Assembly: GCA_013239625.1 (NCBI GenBank)
Contig: MU053448.1
Coordinates: forward strand, 1 to 64,000
DNA: 64,000 nucleotides
Direction: 5' to 3'
DNA from: Lama guanicoe
Lineage: Eukaryota
Shown: in pieces, positions 1 through 13,347 of the stretch
Layout: the number at the start of each line of letters is the position of its first letter
Position numbering within the stretch: position 1 is the first letter of the stretch
Translations under genes and position numbers: made by a program
The notes under the pieces: generated by a model
Database searches by the model: none
Seen by the model: only the letters and a program-made list of their open reading frames with translations
What the model was told of the DNA's origin: nothing

Positions 1-300
1 AAACTAATGTATAATCTCACTTATTTGTGGAGTCTAAAACAAACAAACAAAAGTTATAGCTACAAAGAAAAGATTGGTGGTTGCTAGAGATTGGGGGGGA
101 GAGAGTGGGAAAAATGTGGGAAGATGGTCAAAAGTACCAACATCCAGTTATAAAATAAGTAAGTCATGGAGACGTAATGTACAGAATGGTGACTGTATTT
201 AATAATACTGAATTATGTATTTGAAAGTTGCCGTGACAGTGGATCTTAAAATTTCTCATCACAAGACAAAAGAAAAAATATTTGTAACTATGTGTGGTAT
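1..300 (+). mobile_element. Older L1 3' end (L1MA/MB-like)
   Basis: atctcacttatttgtggagtctaaa...gttataaaataagtaagtcatggagacgtaatgtacag. Confidence 0.8.
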
Positions 301-724
301 CTATAAAGAAAACTTTGCTGGCACCCAGCCATGTTCCATTTTTTACATGCTATGTGGGGCTGCTTTTGCAGTTAGCTAAAGAAGATCGGATGCCACACTC
401 TTCACTTGGAACGGATACTTGGCGCACTCAGAATTGCGCTGAGTAGGTTATAACTTGACAGCTGTTTCAGTGCCATGCACTGTGACATTATATTGACTTT
501 TATTATTGATACATGCCCATTATGTCAAAACAAAAAGTGAAAAGTGGACTTTATGTTTCATTTTTAAAGCACACAGAAGTGTAGATTATTTAATTATCCA
601 ATTAGATGGCAAAACATCATGTTCATTATGCGACAGCAACCTGGCTAAAACAATAAAATAGATGTTGAACTTACCACTCACCATCACATTCCCAACTCAC
701 AGGAAGATGACAGTCAGACATCAG

Positions 725-822
725 TCACTCATATGTGGAACAGAAAGAGAGAGAGAGAGAGAAAGAAAAAAAAAGAAAGGAAGGAAGAAAGGAAGAAAGG
801 AAGAAAGAAAGGAAGAAAGAAA

Positions 823-876
<54 letters not shown>

Positions 877-1335
877 GAGAAAAGAAAGAAAGAAAAGGGA
901 GAGAGGGAGGGAGGAAGGAAGAAAGAAGGGAGAGAGGGAGGGAGGAAGGAAGAAAAGGAAGAAAGAAAAGGAAGAAGGGAGGGAGGGAAGGAAGGAAGGA
1001 AGAAAAGAAAAGAAAAAATGACACGAACTCAACTACAAAACAGAAACAGACTCGCAGACGTAGTAAACAGTCTTATAGTTACCAGGGAAAGGGATAAACT
1101 GGGGAGTTCGAGATTTGCAAATGTTAACCACTATATATAAAAAATAGATTAAAAAAACAAATTTCTTCTGTATAGCACAGGGAACTATATTCAATATCTT
1201 GTAATAACCTTTATTGAAGAAGAGTATGAAGATGAAAATATGTATATATATGCATGACTGAGGCATTATGCTGTACACCAGAAACTGACACATTGTAACT
1301 GACTATATACTTCAATAAAAAAAATTTTTTAAAGA
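725..1335 (+). mobile_element. Young L1 3' end with expanded internal purine microsatellite
   Basis: cactcatatgtggaa...tatagcacagggaactatattcaatatc...cttcaataaaa tail. Confidence 0.85.
742..1018 (+). repeat. Pure purine compound microsatellite (GA)n/(GAAA)n/(GGAA)n
   Basis: About 277 nt with only A and G. Confidence 0.97.
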
Positions 1336-3534
1336 AAAACTGGAAAATTTTAAGTGAGATCTCTCATCATAGCAGAATTTTTTCACAAAAATAAAAATGA
1401 GGCTGCAACCAAAGTAAGTCTCCAAATGTTGGAAAACAAGAAAAGTCATTTAACTGATGGTGAGTTAACTGAACTGATTTATTGCAGTAACTGAAAATAA
1501 ACTTGTTTAAGACTATTTACCTTTCAGCTATAACAGCTGAAGAGTTGAGGACATTGGGAGCAACATTAACGGCCAATTAAAATAAGGCAAATGTTTTCAA
1601 GTGATCTTCCCTGGCCCTTGATAAGCCTAACGGTGTTGCTGATACTGCCTGGTGTTGTTTATTTGAGAAACCACTTCTGAGTCTGAAGTGCTTAAAGAAT
1701 TAGGCTGTAACGAGGACATTTTCAAAGAGGCTGAGAAAATGCAAATCCAGTACAACCTAAATGGAAACTGTTAAGATGTGCTACAGCTGACAATGGTAAA
1801 AACATTCATGGAGCATGGAAAGGCTTGGTTGGACAAATTTACAAAGCTTCTGAAAATGTAACGCCTTTCAAATGAATGGTTGCTCATCTTATTAGTCAAC
1901 AGCAGGTGCTTTGCAGAAAAAATCTGAATCTATCATGTGTTGTTGAACCAGCAGTATCAGCAGTAAACTTCATTTGGACCTAACGTTTATTAGTTTCATG
2001 AGTTTTTGTCAAAATAAAAGCTGAATCCTTTAAATTGATGAATATTGAAAGAAGTCATAGAAAGATGAGTGATTGTAGTTTGGAGAAATTTTTTATGTAG
2101 CTGAGGTGTAAGCAGATAAATTATGTGTAAGGAAACACTGTTTTATTTTCCTGGTTGAATTAAAGTTCACAGTTGAAAAAAATAAAATAAAATAAAAGCT
2201 GAAATCCTAACTTGCCCAATCACACAGCAGTTCAATAGGTTAGGAGTGGTAAAGTTTTATTGTGATTTTTTTTGTAATCTCATGGCTGAAATTGAATTTT
2301 TTTCTGAGTAAGAAGAACCACCCTCAACCACTATTATCAAACATCAACTGAATTTACAAATTAGCTTCGGCTGCAGATTTGATAATGTTTCTTAATGAAA
2401 TACAAGCCCAAAACTATAGGGCAAAATAGAGTTTATATGTGAAACTTATACTGTAGTAAAGTTATTTAGACAACAGCTAATATTTAACTCACAAGTAATG
2501 TTAAATTGCTTTATGCATTTCCTGGGCTGTCGAAATTAAAACAAGAAGTGTGATCTCCATTCCCATACAGATTTGCTGTGGGTCTGTGTTCTGAGCTGAA
2601 ACTACAGTTGTAACAGTCTTTTTCTGGACTTCAATTAAAGTGCAAAGGAAATGTCCTTATTTCAAAATCCATGTACTTGTGCAATAGAGGAGATTCCACC
2701 TAACTTTCAAATTGGAAGTGATTAATCTGCAATGTAACAAGCATACTAAAAGGCAGACCTCAAGGGAAGACCCTAGCAAAATTCTTTATAGACCTTCCAA
2801 GTGATAAATACTTTCAATTAATGCCATATCTTGAGGGATCAGTATTTGTCAGTACTTAAGTGTGTGAAAAAAACATTTTCAAAGATAAAATACATAAAAT
2901 CTCATTACAGATCAGCAGTAACAGATGAACAATTGCAATGAATTCTGGTGAGAGGAAACAGTAACTTTGAACCCCAGCCAAGCAAGATGTTATCCCCCAA
3001 ATACTTCCATTCTTTCCGCCAGTATTCCTATATCACAAAACATCGTGTCTGTTACTATTACATTTCTAATTTTGTCAATAAAATCTTGTGGAAATTTGAT
3101 TTCTCTCCTGTCAATGTTGTCTTGTTAATGTTGTCAATGTCTTGTCTTGTTACTGTTACATATCATGCTAATATCATCAATTTTTCCCTCCTCCCCTAGG
3201 AAGCCTAAGAGAGATTTCCTATCTGGCTCTTTATAAAAGGCATTGGTTGACTCCTGGAGGGGAGATTTGGGTCTCTGTCTCCAGGAGTTTACAATCTAAT
3301 TTGAGACAGACAAGACAAATGACCACAAAACTGCAAACAATCCCAGTCTCTTCACTTTCTTTATCCTTAAATTTAAAATATTCTTCGGAAGTACAGAAAA
3401 GCTAAGGACTCTTGACCACCCACCCTTCTGCACACACAGTGCCTTTTCCAGAGGTCACCCAGAGGTCATCTTGCTCCCCACCCATAGTCTGGCCTCACTC
3501 AGCAACTGGAGGGATCCTGTTAACAAGTAGGGTC

Positions 3535-3632
3535 TGGGGAGGGTATAGCTCAAATGGTAACATGTGCTTAGCATGCACAAGGTCCTGGGTTCAATCCACA
3601 GCACCTCCATATAAAAAGAAACAAAAAAAGCA
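3535..3632 (+). mobile_element. tRNA-Ala-derived SINE (camelid type)
   Basis: gggagggtatagctca...gcttagcatgcacaaggtcctgggttcaatcc with A-rich tail. Confidence 0.85.
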
Positions 3633-3849
3633 AAGTAGCAGCTCTGGTCCCCTCTGCCCTAAACCCTGCAGCTGCTGCCCCATCTTATTCATGGTAAAGC
3701 CACACCCTCACTGGGGCCCGGCCAGAACTCAGGAGCCCACACGCCCAACCCATCCCCACCTGCATGGCGTAGGCCACCCTGCCCTTTGATTTTCCTCGGC
3801 ACACTCCTTTCTTAGGGCCTTGGCACGAGCTATTCTGTCTGCTTGGAAC

Positions 3850-4038
3850 CAGGTTGCTTGATTTAGCAAATAAAAATACAGACTGTCCAGTGAAAATTGC
3901 ATTTCAGATAAACAAATAATTTTGTTGTAACTCTGCCCCAAATATTGCATGGGACATACTTACATGAAAAGATCACTCGTTGCTGACTTGAAACTCAAAT
4001 ATATCTATGTGTCCCGAATTTTACAGGATGGCGCTACC
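3850..4038. mobile_element. MER53-like palindromic hAT MITE
   Basis: ggttgcttgatttagcaaataaaaatacag...atttcagataaacaa...gggacatacttac... Confidence 0.75.
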
Positions 4039-4365
4039 TGGAATGTTCCCAACTTCTATTAGGTCTTTGCTTGGAGGTTTCCTCAGTGAGGCCTATCCTT
4101 AGTGCCCCCCATTTACCACTGCCACCCAGGCCATCCCCTGCCAGGCCCAATCCCTTCAATTTGCTCTATTTTTCTCCCTATAACATTCGTCTCCCTCTAA
4201 CACACCAGACAGTTTGCTTGTCATGTTTATTGTTTACTTTTACCTCCTCTCATTCCAGTGTGAACTCCACATGGGTGAGGATTTGGGGGTGGCAGGGAGA
4301 CAGTGCCCTAATGTATCCCAGTCCCTAGAAGAGAGCCTGGCCCAGAAAACTGCCCAACAAATGTC

Positions 4366-6035
4366 TGTTGCTCAGTCCCAAACTCATTCTTCTTGCCATA
4401 TGATAGGCCAATAAATTGGGAGACAAGATATTGGGGCAAGAAATAATGACTTTACAAATGGGAACTAATTAAACTTACAAGTTTTTGCACAGCAAAGGAA
4501 ACCATAAGCAAAACAAAAAGACAACCTATGGAATGGGAGAAAATATTTGCAAAAGATGAAACTGACAAGGGCTTGATTTCCAGGGTATATAAACAGCTCA
4601 TATGACTGAATAAGAAAAAAACAAACAACCCAATCCAAAAATGGGCAGAAGACCTAAACAAGCAATTCTCCAATGAAGACATACAAATAATCAACAGGCA
4701 CATGAAAAACTGCTCAATATCATTAATTATCAGAGAAACGCAAATCAAAACTACAATGAGGTATCACCTCACACCAGTCAGAATGGCCATCATTCAAAAG
4801 TCCACAAATGATAAATGCTGGAGAGGCTGTGGAGAAAAGAGAAACCTCCTACACTGCTGGTGGGAATGCAGGTTGGTGCAGCCACTGTGGAAAACAGTAT
4901 GGAGAGTCCTCAAAAGACTAACAACAGACTTACCATATGATGCAGCAACCCCACTCCTGGGCATATATCCAGAAGGAAATCTACTCCAAAAGACACCTGC
5001 ACCCCAATGTTCACAGCAGCACTATTTACAATAGCCAAGACATGGAAACAACACAAATGTCCATCAACAGATGACTGGATAAAGAAGAAGTGGTATATTT
5101 ATATGATGGAATACTACTCAGCCATAAAAATGACAACATAATGCCATTTGCAGCAACGTGGATGTCCCTGGACAATGTCATTCTAAGTGAAGTAAGCCAG
5201 AAAGAAAAAGAAAAATATCATATGGTATCACTCGTATGTGGAATCTAAAAAAAAAAGAAATGAACTTGTATATAAAACAGAAACAGACTCACAGACATAG
5301 AATACAGACTTGTGGTTGCCAGGAGAGAGGTGGGTGAGTAGGAATAAACCGGGAGTTCAAGACTTGCAGATACTGACTGGTATATATAAAATAGATAAAC
5401 AAGTTTATACTGTATAACACAGGGAAATACATTCAATATCTTGTAGTAGCTCATGGTGGAAAAGAACATGAAAATGAATATATGTATATTCCTGTATGAC
5501 TGAAGAATTGTGCTGTACACCAGAAATTCACACAACATTGTGAACTGACTATAACTCAATAAAAAGAAAGAAAGAAAAGTAAGAGTGACTTTATTCAGAA
5601 AGCCACCAGACTAAGAAGATGGCAGACTCATGTCCTGGAAAACTATCTTCCTCAAATCAGAATTCAGGCTCCTTTTATACTAGAAAGGGAAGAGGGTGTG
5701 GCTGGTTGTTGCAAACTTCTTGGTGTAGGAATTTTTTTGTTTTTTGAATACTTTGTTCTTGCAACTGTCCACCTGGGTCAGATCATGGTGTCCCTGTAAA
5801 CCTCCAACAAAACAAATGTTGTTTTCTTTTCTCTGATTTGTTATCTTTGTATGAATGAAAAGGGTTAAAATCCTTAAAGGTCAGAGCTTTGACAGTGGGC
5901 TATCCCATATATTTCAGGCTCTAGGCAACATTCTTCTACAAAAGGTGCAGAACCAGCATGATTAAGCACAGGAAACAGAGCTAGAAGCACAGGGTTAGAG
6001 CTAATATGGAGTCAGATTTGTCCTTTTCTATTACA
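4366..6035 (-). mobile_element. ERV1 solo LTR (family A), split by an L1 insertion
   Basis: TG...CA ends, TSD TGTC/CGTC; homologous to 40209, 42791 and 44609. Confidence 0.88.
4455..5580 (+). mobile_element. 5'-truncated L1 (ORF2 C-terminus and 3' UTR)
   Basis: [32 protein letters not shown]2 motif; A-rich tail; TSD aataatgacttta / aagagtgacttta. Confidence 0.95.
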
Positions 6036-7047
6036 CGTCTGTTGGAATTGCAATAGAAGTGACGAATGAGTGTCCTCTGAGCAGCACCCGAAATGTCCAC
6101 AGGAAACAGTTCCACCTTGAATTTACTATGTCTTTGTCAAGCTTTTTTTTTTCTGCCCATTCATTCAAGCTAGAAGGTTGGTGTCACTCCCAAATCCTCC
6201 GTCTCTCTTATCCTGCCTTATTCCTCTCTCCAAAATTATTTGGTGTCTACATCCCCCTGCAATTCCTCTGCATTATCCCTCATCTATCACCTGCTCACTG
6301 CCTCATGGTTGATTGTCTGGTTCCAACTTGGCCCTTTAGGTGTCATGTGTTACCTGAAATTCTCCATGGGTGTCCTTGCCTCTGATCCAGCCCCATCTGA
6401 TCCCTTCCTCACGCTGTATCTTGACAATCTTTCCAAAATGAAAAACAATGAGACACGAACAGAAACCACAATTTGTAAAACAAACTGTATGAGTCTCAAA
6501 ACTGAAAAACTGTCTCACACCATGATGAAAAACTACCTAAGTTCACATTGGCTTACCACAAGCTCATTCAGACCTATATATTCCAAGATAAACCCTTAGT
6601 TCAGAGACTCCACATAGACTCAAGGATTCCAAAGAATGAGACTGTGTCAGCAACTCCCCTGGTTTACAGATGCTAGTGAGTCCCTGCTGCCCAGATCTGC
6701 CTCAGAACCATCTGAACCCTTTCAGCGTCCTGCCATCACTCTCCCTTTGAGATGCTACCAAGACTTTCCAGGTGGAGCTCATTCTTGTTCAGAAAGTTGA
6801 ATAAACTCAGTTCCATGTAATCCATTCCTGCTGGTCTCAGTGGGAGCTTTACAGTCACCTCTTAGTTTTCTGTGTAAGCTCATTTCACGATTCCCCATGG
6901 CCTTCAGAGTGGTCCACCAGCCCCATAATGGTGCACAGATTGTGCCCAGGAAGCCATCTGCTCCCCTCTCCCAGCAGTCCTACACCTGTCCAGACCTGGT
7001 GGTGGCTTTGTTCTTTCATCTTCCCCTGACTTCACAGATGATAAAAT

Positions 7048-7540
7048 CTTTTTTTTTTATTGAAGTATAGTCAGTTACAATGTGTCAATTTCTGGTGTAT
7101 AGCACAGTCATGCATATATACATATATTCATTTTCATATTCTTTTTCATTAAAGATTATTACAAGATATTGAATATAGTTCCCTGCGCTATGCAAAAGAA
7201 ATTTGGTTTTTATCTATTTTTATATATAGTGGTTAACATTTGCAAATCTCTAACTCCCAAATTTATCCCTTCCCATCCCCTTTCCCCTCAGTAACCACAA
7301 GATTGTTTGGTATTTCTGTGAGTCTGTTTCTGTTTTGTAGATGAGTTCATTAGTGTTCTTTTTTTAGATTCCACATATGAGTGATATCATATGGTATTTT
7401 TCTTTCTCTTTCTGGCTTACTTCACTCAGAATGACGATCTCCAGGTCCAGCAATGCTACTGCAAATGGCATTAATTTATTCTTTTTTATGCCTGAGTAGT
7501 ATTCCATTGCATAAATATACCACAACTTCTTTATCCAGTC
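7048..7540 (-). mobile_element. Young L1 3' fragment
   Basis: Poly-T followed by attgaagtatagtcagttacaatgtgtc; reverse complement of the L1 3' UTR seen elsewhere in the window. Confidence 0.88.
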
Positions 7541-10237
7541 CAGGTGATAATATCTTAGCTGGAATGCCCTTTTCCACCTGTCTGCCTTCTTCAGTTCAAG
7601 TTTTGGCTCCCCAGCTATTCATCCTTCTAATCTGTTACCAGTAGCCTTTTAGGCGTATATTGGCCCAAGCACTGAATATTCAGTTATTTTGGAGAGAAGT
7701 GACTTGCCTCATCCCAGGCCCAGTATCAGGCCCAGTGCCTGGCATATTTGGCCATCACTCATGAACTTTTCTGTATACGTGAAAAGTAACAGCTGAGTAA
7801 AATGCTGTTTTCTTTTCCACCTCTTTAAGATGTCTCTGCTGTACACCAGAAATTGACACATTATAACTGACTATATTTCAATTTTTTTAAAAAGGATGTC
7901 TCTCATGGGCTGTGAAATGCCCCCAAAAGTATTTAAATTTTAGCCCAAGAATTTGTAAGTCCCCCTGGGATGCTGACCCTGCTGGTCCAGGGACTTCTTT
8001 TGAGAACCACCACTGTAAAGAATGAGAGCATGACCTGGAGCCAAACAGATCTGTCTCTCCCCTCTGATATCAACTGATTCTGTGACCTTGGACAAAAGGC
8101 AAAATTATGCCTTCATTTTAACTATCAGCTGTAAATAATAATAGTATATATCTCATGTATTGCTATAGAAGTGCTGGTTCTTATGACTGCAACTATTATT
8201 GTGATGATGATGGTGGTTAACAGAGAAGTTGCTCAACCTCTCTGAGTGTCATTCTTCGCAGGTAAAATAGAGATTGTAAAGGTTATCCCACAACACTGCT
8301 GTAAAGATTCAATGATGCCACTTCAATGTTAAGGCTTTGCTGCCTACATGAATGGAGAGCCTGGGCCATAGCCCATCTTTATTACATCAGATTCTTTCCC
8401 TGCTCTTCCTTTCAAGTGACCTTGGAATGTACAATGGAAATTGGTCAAGTCTGTAGTTTTGAAACATCTGTCTCCAAAATCCAACAAAAGAAAAGAATGT
8501 CTACCATGTCTCTTCCTTGTACTCATATGGGAAAGAACTTATTTCGACAAGGATGAAGATCTTACCAAGACCCAGGATCTTTGGAAATCAAGATAAATGC
8601 CTTCCATTAGCATCACCATCTCCACTGGAGGCACAGGTTAATCTCTCCAGGTCTAATTTTTCTTTTCAAAAATTATTTTTGCACCACAGATTTGTCTAGA
8701 GTTGCTTAAAATCACCACACCTTATCGGTACCTCTCTCAGTACCTCTCCCATTCAACTACTCTGGGTGCCATCCCCTTCCTCCGCCTTATTCCAGCCACC
8801 ATTAGGCTCGCCTAGAAAACTGCAGAGTCTCCCAGAACATTTTCTGACACAAATGACAGCCTTCTTTTCCTTCCTTTTTCCAGTTCTCACATTCCCTCCT
8901 AAATATCAGCCATAATGATTTTTCAGTCCTTCTCATCTTCCTCAGCAGCAGTTTGCTGAAAGGATAAACATAGGATAAACCTTCACCAAAATGAAGCAAT
9001 TTAATCACAAAATTGCTTTAATAGCACCCTTTGTGATATAGAGGAAGAAAACCATTAATAATCACGCTATCCTAAAATATTATCAGCATTTTTATGTATC
9101 TGTGTAATCACAGTATGAAACTTTGCCGTAATTTTTCCTGAAATAAATATCCGTTCTATATCCAGTGGGTATAAAGTCATCTTGTGGTTTCCATAGTAAC
9201 TTTTCATAGACATCAGTCTTTTTTTTTCCTAATTTTTTTTAATTGAAGTACCATCAGTTACAGTGTGTCAATTTCTGGTGAACAGCACAATGTCCCAGTC
9301 ACGCATAGACATAGATGTCAGTCTTACCTCCTCATTTTTCCCACTAGATTTACGAAGTTTTGTCACTAGTACTCATACGGTCTAGCACTTATAAGTTATT
9401 CTTCCATTTGTATTTTTAAAGTATCTATTATATAATATATAGAGACATACATACACACATATATCATATATCACTTCATAAAAGTACAGAAATTATAGAA
9501 ACATATAGATGACAGTAAAATTTACCCGTAATTGCACTACTGAGAAATAACCACACTGATTACTTTGGAATATATTTCCCACCCTTTAAGGCAAAATAGG
9601 CTGACTTCAGCTCCATAGCACACATAAAAGTAAGGGTTCTAAGTCAGTGAATAATAAAATGCCTTTGACATAAGGGATAGTGACTTGATTTATGGCCTTA
9701 ATATATTAATTACTAAAACGTATGTTTATAGAATGATAAATGTACAAGGTAATCTGAGTTATTACATACTTATATTTTCCTTTTAGTAGTTTCATGTAAA
9801 GGAAAAAAGCTTGAAAATAGTAATGCCCATAGGACAAAGGTTATACTGTTACTGAGAATAGCTTAGGTCTCATGTAGGTACATTTGGCTTTTGTTTTCAT
9901 GTTAAAACTTTGAGAAAGATGGTTTTAAATAAAGCTTCTTACTAACACAACACTGTGAATCAACTATACTTCAATAAAAAATATTTTTAGTAATGCTGTA
10001 ACCTGATGCCATACCAGTTTCTCTGATATTTTCATTTAATAGATCAATATTAGGCCTAAGGAGTATTCTGTAAATGCTTAAGTTGGTTTTAATAGTGATA
10101 ATTTTGACATCTATGATAAATACTAAACAAGGTCATACATATCTTACTAGACAATTTTGAGTTTTCACATACATATTTTTTAGAGGATTTCATTTTAAAA
10201 ACTAGCATTATTTAGTATTTTGACTTATGTGTGCTTC

Positions 10238-10379
10238 GGGAGGGTACAGCTCAAGTGGTAGAGCATCTGCTTAGCATGCACAAGGCCCTGGGTTCAATCC
10301 CTAGCTCCTCCCCTGAAAATAAACAGTAATAAATAAATAAATGAATAAAACCTAATTACCTCCCCCTTGCTAAAAAAAA
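10238..10379 (+). mobile_element. tRNA-derived SINE
   Basis: Same head with aaacctaattacctcc tail. Confidence 0.85.
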
Positions 10380-10569
10380 TACTTTAAAATTGAGTTATGT
10401 GTGCTTTATTTAACAACTGAGTGAAAATATGTAAGCATTGGTATAAAAAGTTAAATGGTAGTACTTTGCAATCTGTATTTCTTATTAAAGTTTTATACAT
10501 TGCTTTATCATTGCTCCTGAATATGTTGTCCAGTACATATAATAAACAGAAATGCAGATAATTTTTTTT

Positions 10570-10850
10570 TAAAAAAAGAAAACAAGCTTATGCTTACCAG
10601 GGGAAAAGGGGTAGGGGTGGAGGGATAAATTGGGAGTTCAGGATTTGCAGATACTAACTAACTACTATATATAAAATAGATAAACAACAATGTCCTACTG
10701 TATAGCACAGGGAACTATATTCAATATCTTATAGTAACCTATAATGAAAAAGAATATATATGTATAATTGAATCACGATGCTGCACACCAGGAACTAACA
10801 CAACATTGTAAATCAACTATACTTCAATAAAAAAGAAAGAAAGAAAGAAT
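10570..10850 (+). mobile_element. L1 3' fragment
   Basis: gggataaattgggagtt...tatagcacagggaactatattc...cttcaataaaa. Confidence 0.85.
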
Positions 10851-11018
10851 ATGGATTTTACCAAGTAAGACTTAGGTGAGGGACACTCTCAAGTTATTTA
10901 TCATTTTGTCAGGTTCTTTCCATGTTCCCCCAATCGCTATAACTGATTCATTTTCTGGATTTGTAGAATTACTTATTATCAACAAATAATTAAATATGCA
11001 GATATTAAAATATGTGGT

Positions 11019-11179
11019 GAGAGGGAGGATATAGCTCAATGGTAGAGCACATGGTTAGCATGCGTGAGATCCTAGGTTCAATCCCCAGTACCTCCATTAA
11101 GATAAATAAACAAACAAACAGACCTAATTACCTCCCTTGCCAAAACAAACAAACCAAAAAAAACCCATCAAAAAAAAAC
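11019..11179 (+). mobile_element. tRNA-derived SINE
   Basis: Same head and tail; flanked by repeated atgtggtga. Confidence 0.85.
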
Positions 11180-13208
11180 ATGTGGTGAATATTGAATGAC
11201 TACACTCCACTGAAACCAGTAGAGACTGCCACTGGTTAACAAGTACTTTCCAACCAAGCATCTCTCTTGGGTTAAGTGTTTTGGACTTAGCAATAACTTC
11301 CAGAGTCCTGCAGGTGAAAGTTTTGGCTTTTCCTCTAGAGTTTCTTCTTCCTTCCATATGATTCATCAACTGAAACAAGGAACTGCTCCTACTGACCTGT
11401 AACTATGTCTTGTGATTAGAGCTACCCTTCCCCACCAGTTCACAGAAACTACCTGCACAGGGTAGGGAACTTTAATTCTTCCCCAGTGAATCAATCCACC
11501 GCTGAATGTTCCACCCTGAAATAAAAATGCTATAAGGTTCAGGCTCTGGAGAACACATTGTCTTTATGACAAGAAATGAGTCTGTTTTCCTTTAGGCAAT
11601 GACAGTTTGCCCTAGTGGAAATTTAGGAATGTCAGAAGATCTACATTTTCTTTTCCTTATGTTTTAAGTCTTTTCTAAGCTATCCATCATCATGTTTTTA
11701 TACTTAATATTTTTTGAACTCCAGTTTATTCCTAGGTTGTTGGAATATTATGCATCCTTATTTTCAGTCATCTCCAAAATGCTATTTTCTGAATTCCCTT
11801 TAATGTCCGTGAAACCCGAGGAGCCTGACTTTTTAAATTGTATTTTATCACTCAACTTTGTTACAAAGATAAAAACTGTATTTGTCTTGAAGTGCTGAAT
11901 GCTCAAACTACCTCTCTCCAACACAGTTCTAGACTGCATTTGGAAAACAAGCTTCACAGGAAACTTACCCCAGCCTGCACTGGTTCATCTGCTCCTTTTG
12001 CTATTCGGCTTATACCCTTGAGGTAGAAATGTAAATATCTTTCTAATGATCAAATTCACAAAAGGGGAGAATGCCACACTCTTCCAGGCACCAGATGCTA
12101 CTAATAGAAAGGGCCTGCCTACTTTGAAAACAGCTGACTGTGGACAGGGCTCGGGGCTGTTTGAATCAGCACCCTGGAGAGCACTCCCGGTATCAGGTTG
12201 AGCCGTGTTCCTGTCAATACTGTCACTGTCATTTGTGACTCAATAAGAAAACCACTTGTGCACAATTTTTTTATTAGACTATTTTCTCCCCCCGCCACCT
12301 TCAATTCTGCCTCCTCTAGTGTCCAAGCTCAGACAGTTTCACCAGTAAAACACTGTTGTGGTTATTTTAAAACCAGTTTCCTGAGTTGACTGGGCAGCAG
12401 TTTTCCTGAGTAATGAATTCATCAAACAATGTCTAACTGTCCAGTCCCCACAATGCCACTCTCAGTGTCACCCCCGAATATACACTGCACATATCTTGGC
12501 TCACTGTATGCATATGCACAAGATGTCTTGATATTAGTTAATATTTACTGCTTCACTTATTCAGTTTTGTCTTGATCAAAATTTTGTATTAGAGGGCAAG
12601 CTTAGGTTTTCTAGAAGTTGTACAGAAATGGAAGATTATGTTTTAATTTGTAGAATAGTTATAAATCTCGTAGTTAGAATAGGCTAGTGTTTAGTTGCTC
12701 AATATGAAGTGGGCTTCCACCAACAGCCCACTGTTTGTCAACCAATCCATTAAAATGTAAGAAGATTGATTCCGCCAAGAAAGAGAACAAAAGAGCAGTC
12801 CCTGAAATTCACAGGCTGGCCCACATATGTAGCTCTTCCATGTTATTCTCCTGTTGGTCATAAACAATCTCATGGGACACTAATGTCAGGGAGAATTACT
12901 CTGAAACCACGATAGAATAAGGCAGAGCAAACCACTTCATAATTTTGTCTAAGCACAGAGAAAATAAAGTCAGCAAGCCGCCCTCAAAATACCAAACTCC
13001 CCCTATTAATACCGAAACGAGTCCCTGCTGCTGCTTTTTCAGTTTACAGCTTCATTCTCATTCTAGAGTCTCCTCCCTCTGGGTAAAATTCATTGAGTTA
13101 CCCAGTCACAGAATTTCCCCCACTTTCCAACTAAGCAAAGTCCCACTTTCTTATATCCTCTCCCAAATCACCCAAACAAAGCTCAAATTCTATAAACAGA
13201 TTCTTTGA

Positions 13209-13347
13209 GGGGGGTCATTAGGTCTGTTCATTTACTTATGATTAGTTTTGGGGGGTTGGGGTTTTTTCAATGGAGATACTAGGGGTTGAACCCAGGACCT
13301 CGTGCATGCTGAGCATGCACCCTATCATTTGAGCTATGCCCTTCCCC
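13209..13347 (-). mobile_element. tRNA-derived SINE
   Basis: Reverse-complement head gaacccaggacctcgtgcatgct. Confidence 0.8.

Larger units (their letters stand above)
305..3256 (+). mobile_element. Cheshire/MER58-like hAT DNA transposon fossil with decayed transposase, interrupted by L1 pieces
   Basis: MER58-type ends (cagccatgttccatt...ggctgctttt; aagcctaa...tatctggctcttta...gactcctg); internal remnant resembling hAT SLALDESTDV-DTAQL near 1600-1670. Confidence 0.75.

Noticed and set aside
662..1140. Lys/Glu/Arg-rich and Phe/Ser/Leu-rich ORFs on both strands
   Set aside because: They are translations of the purine microsatellite, not genes.
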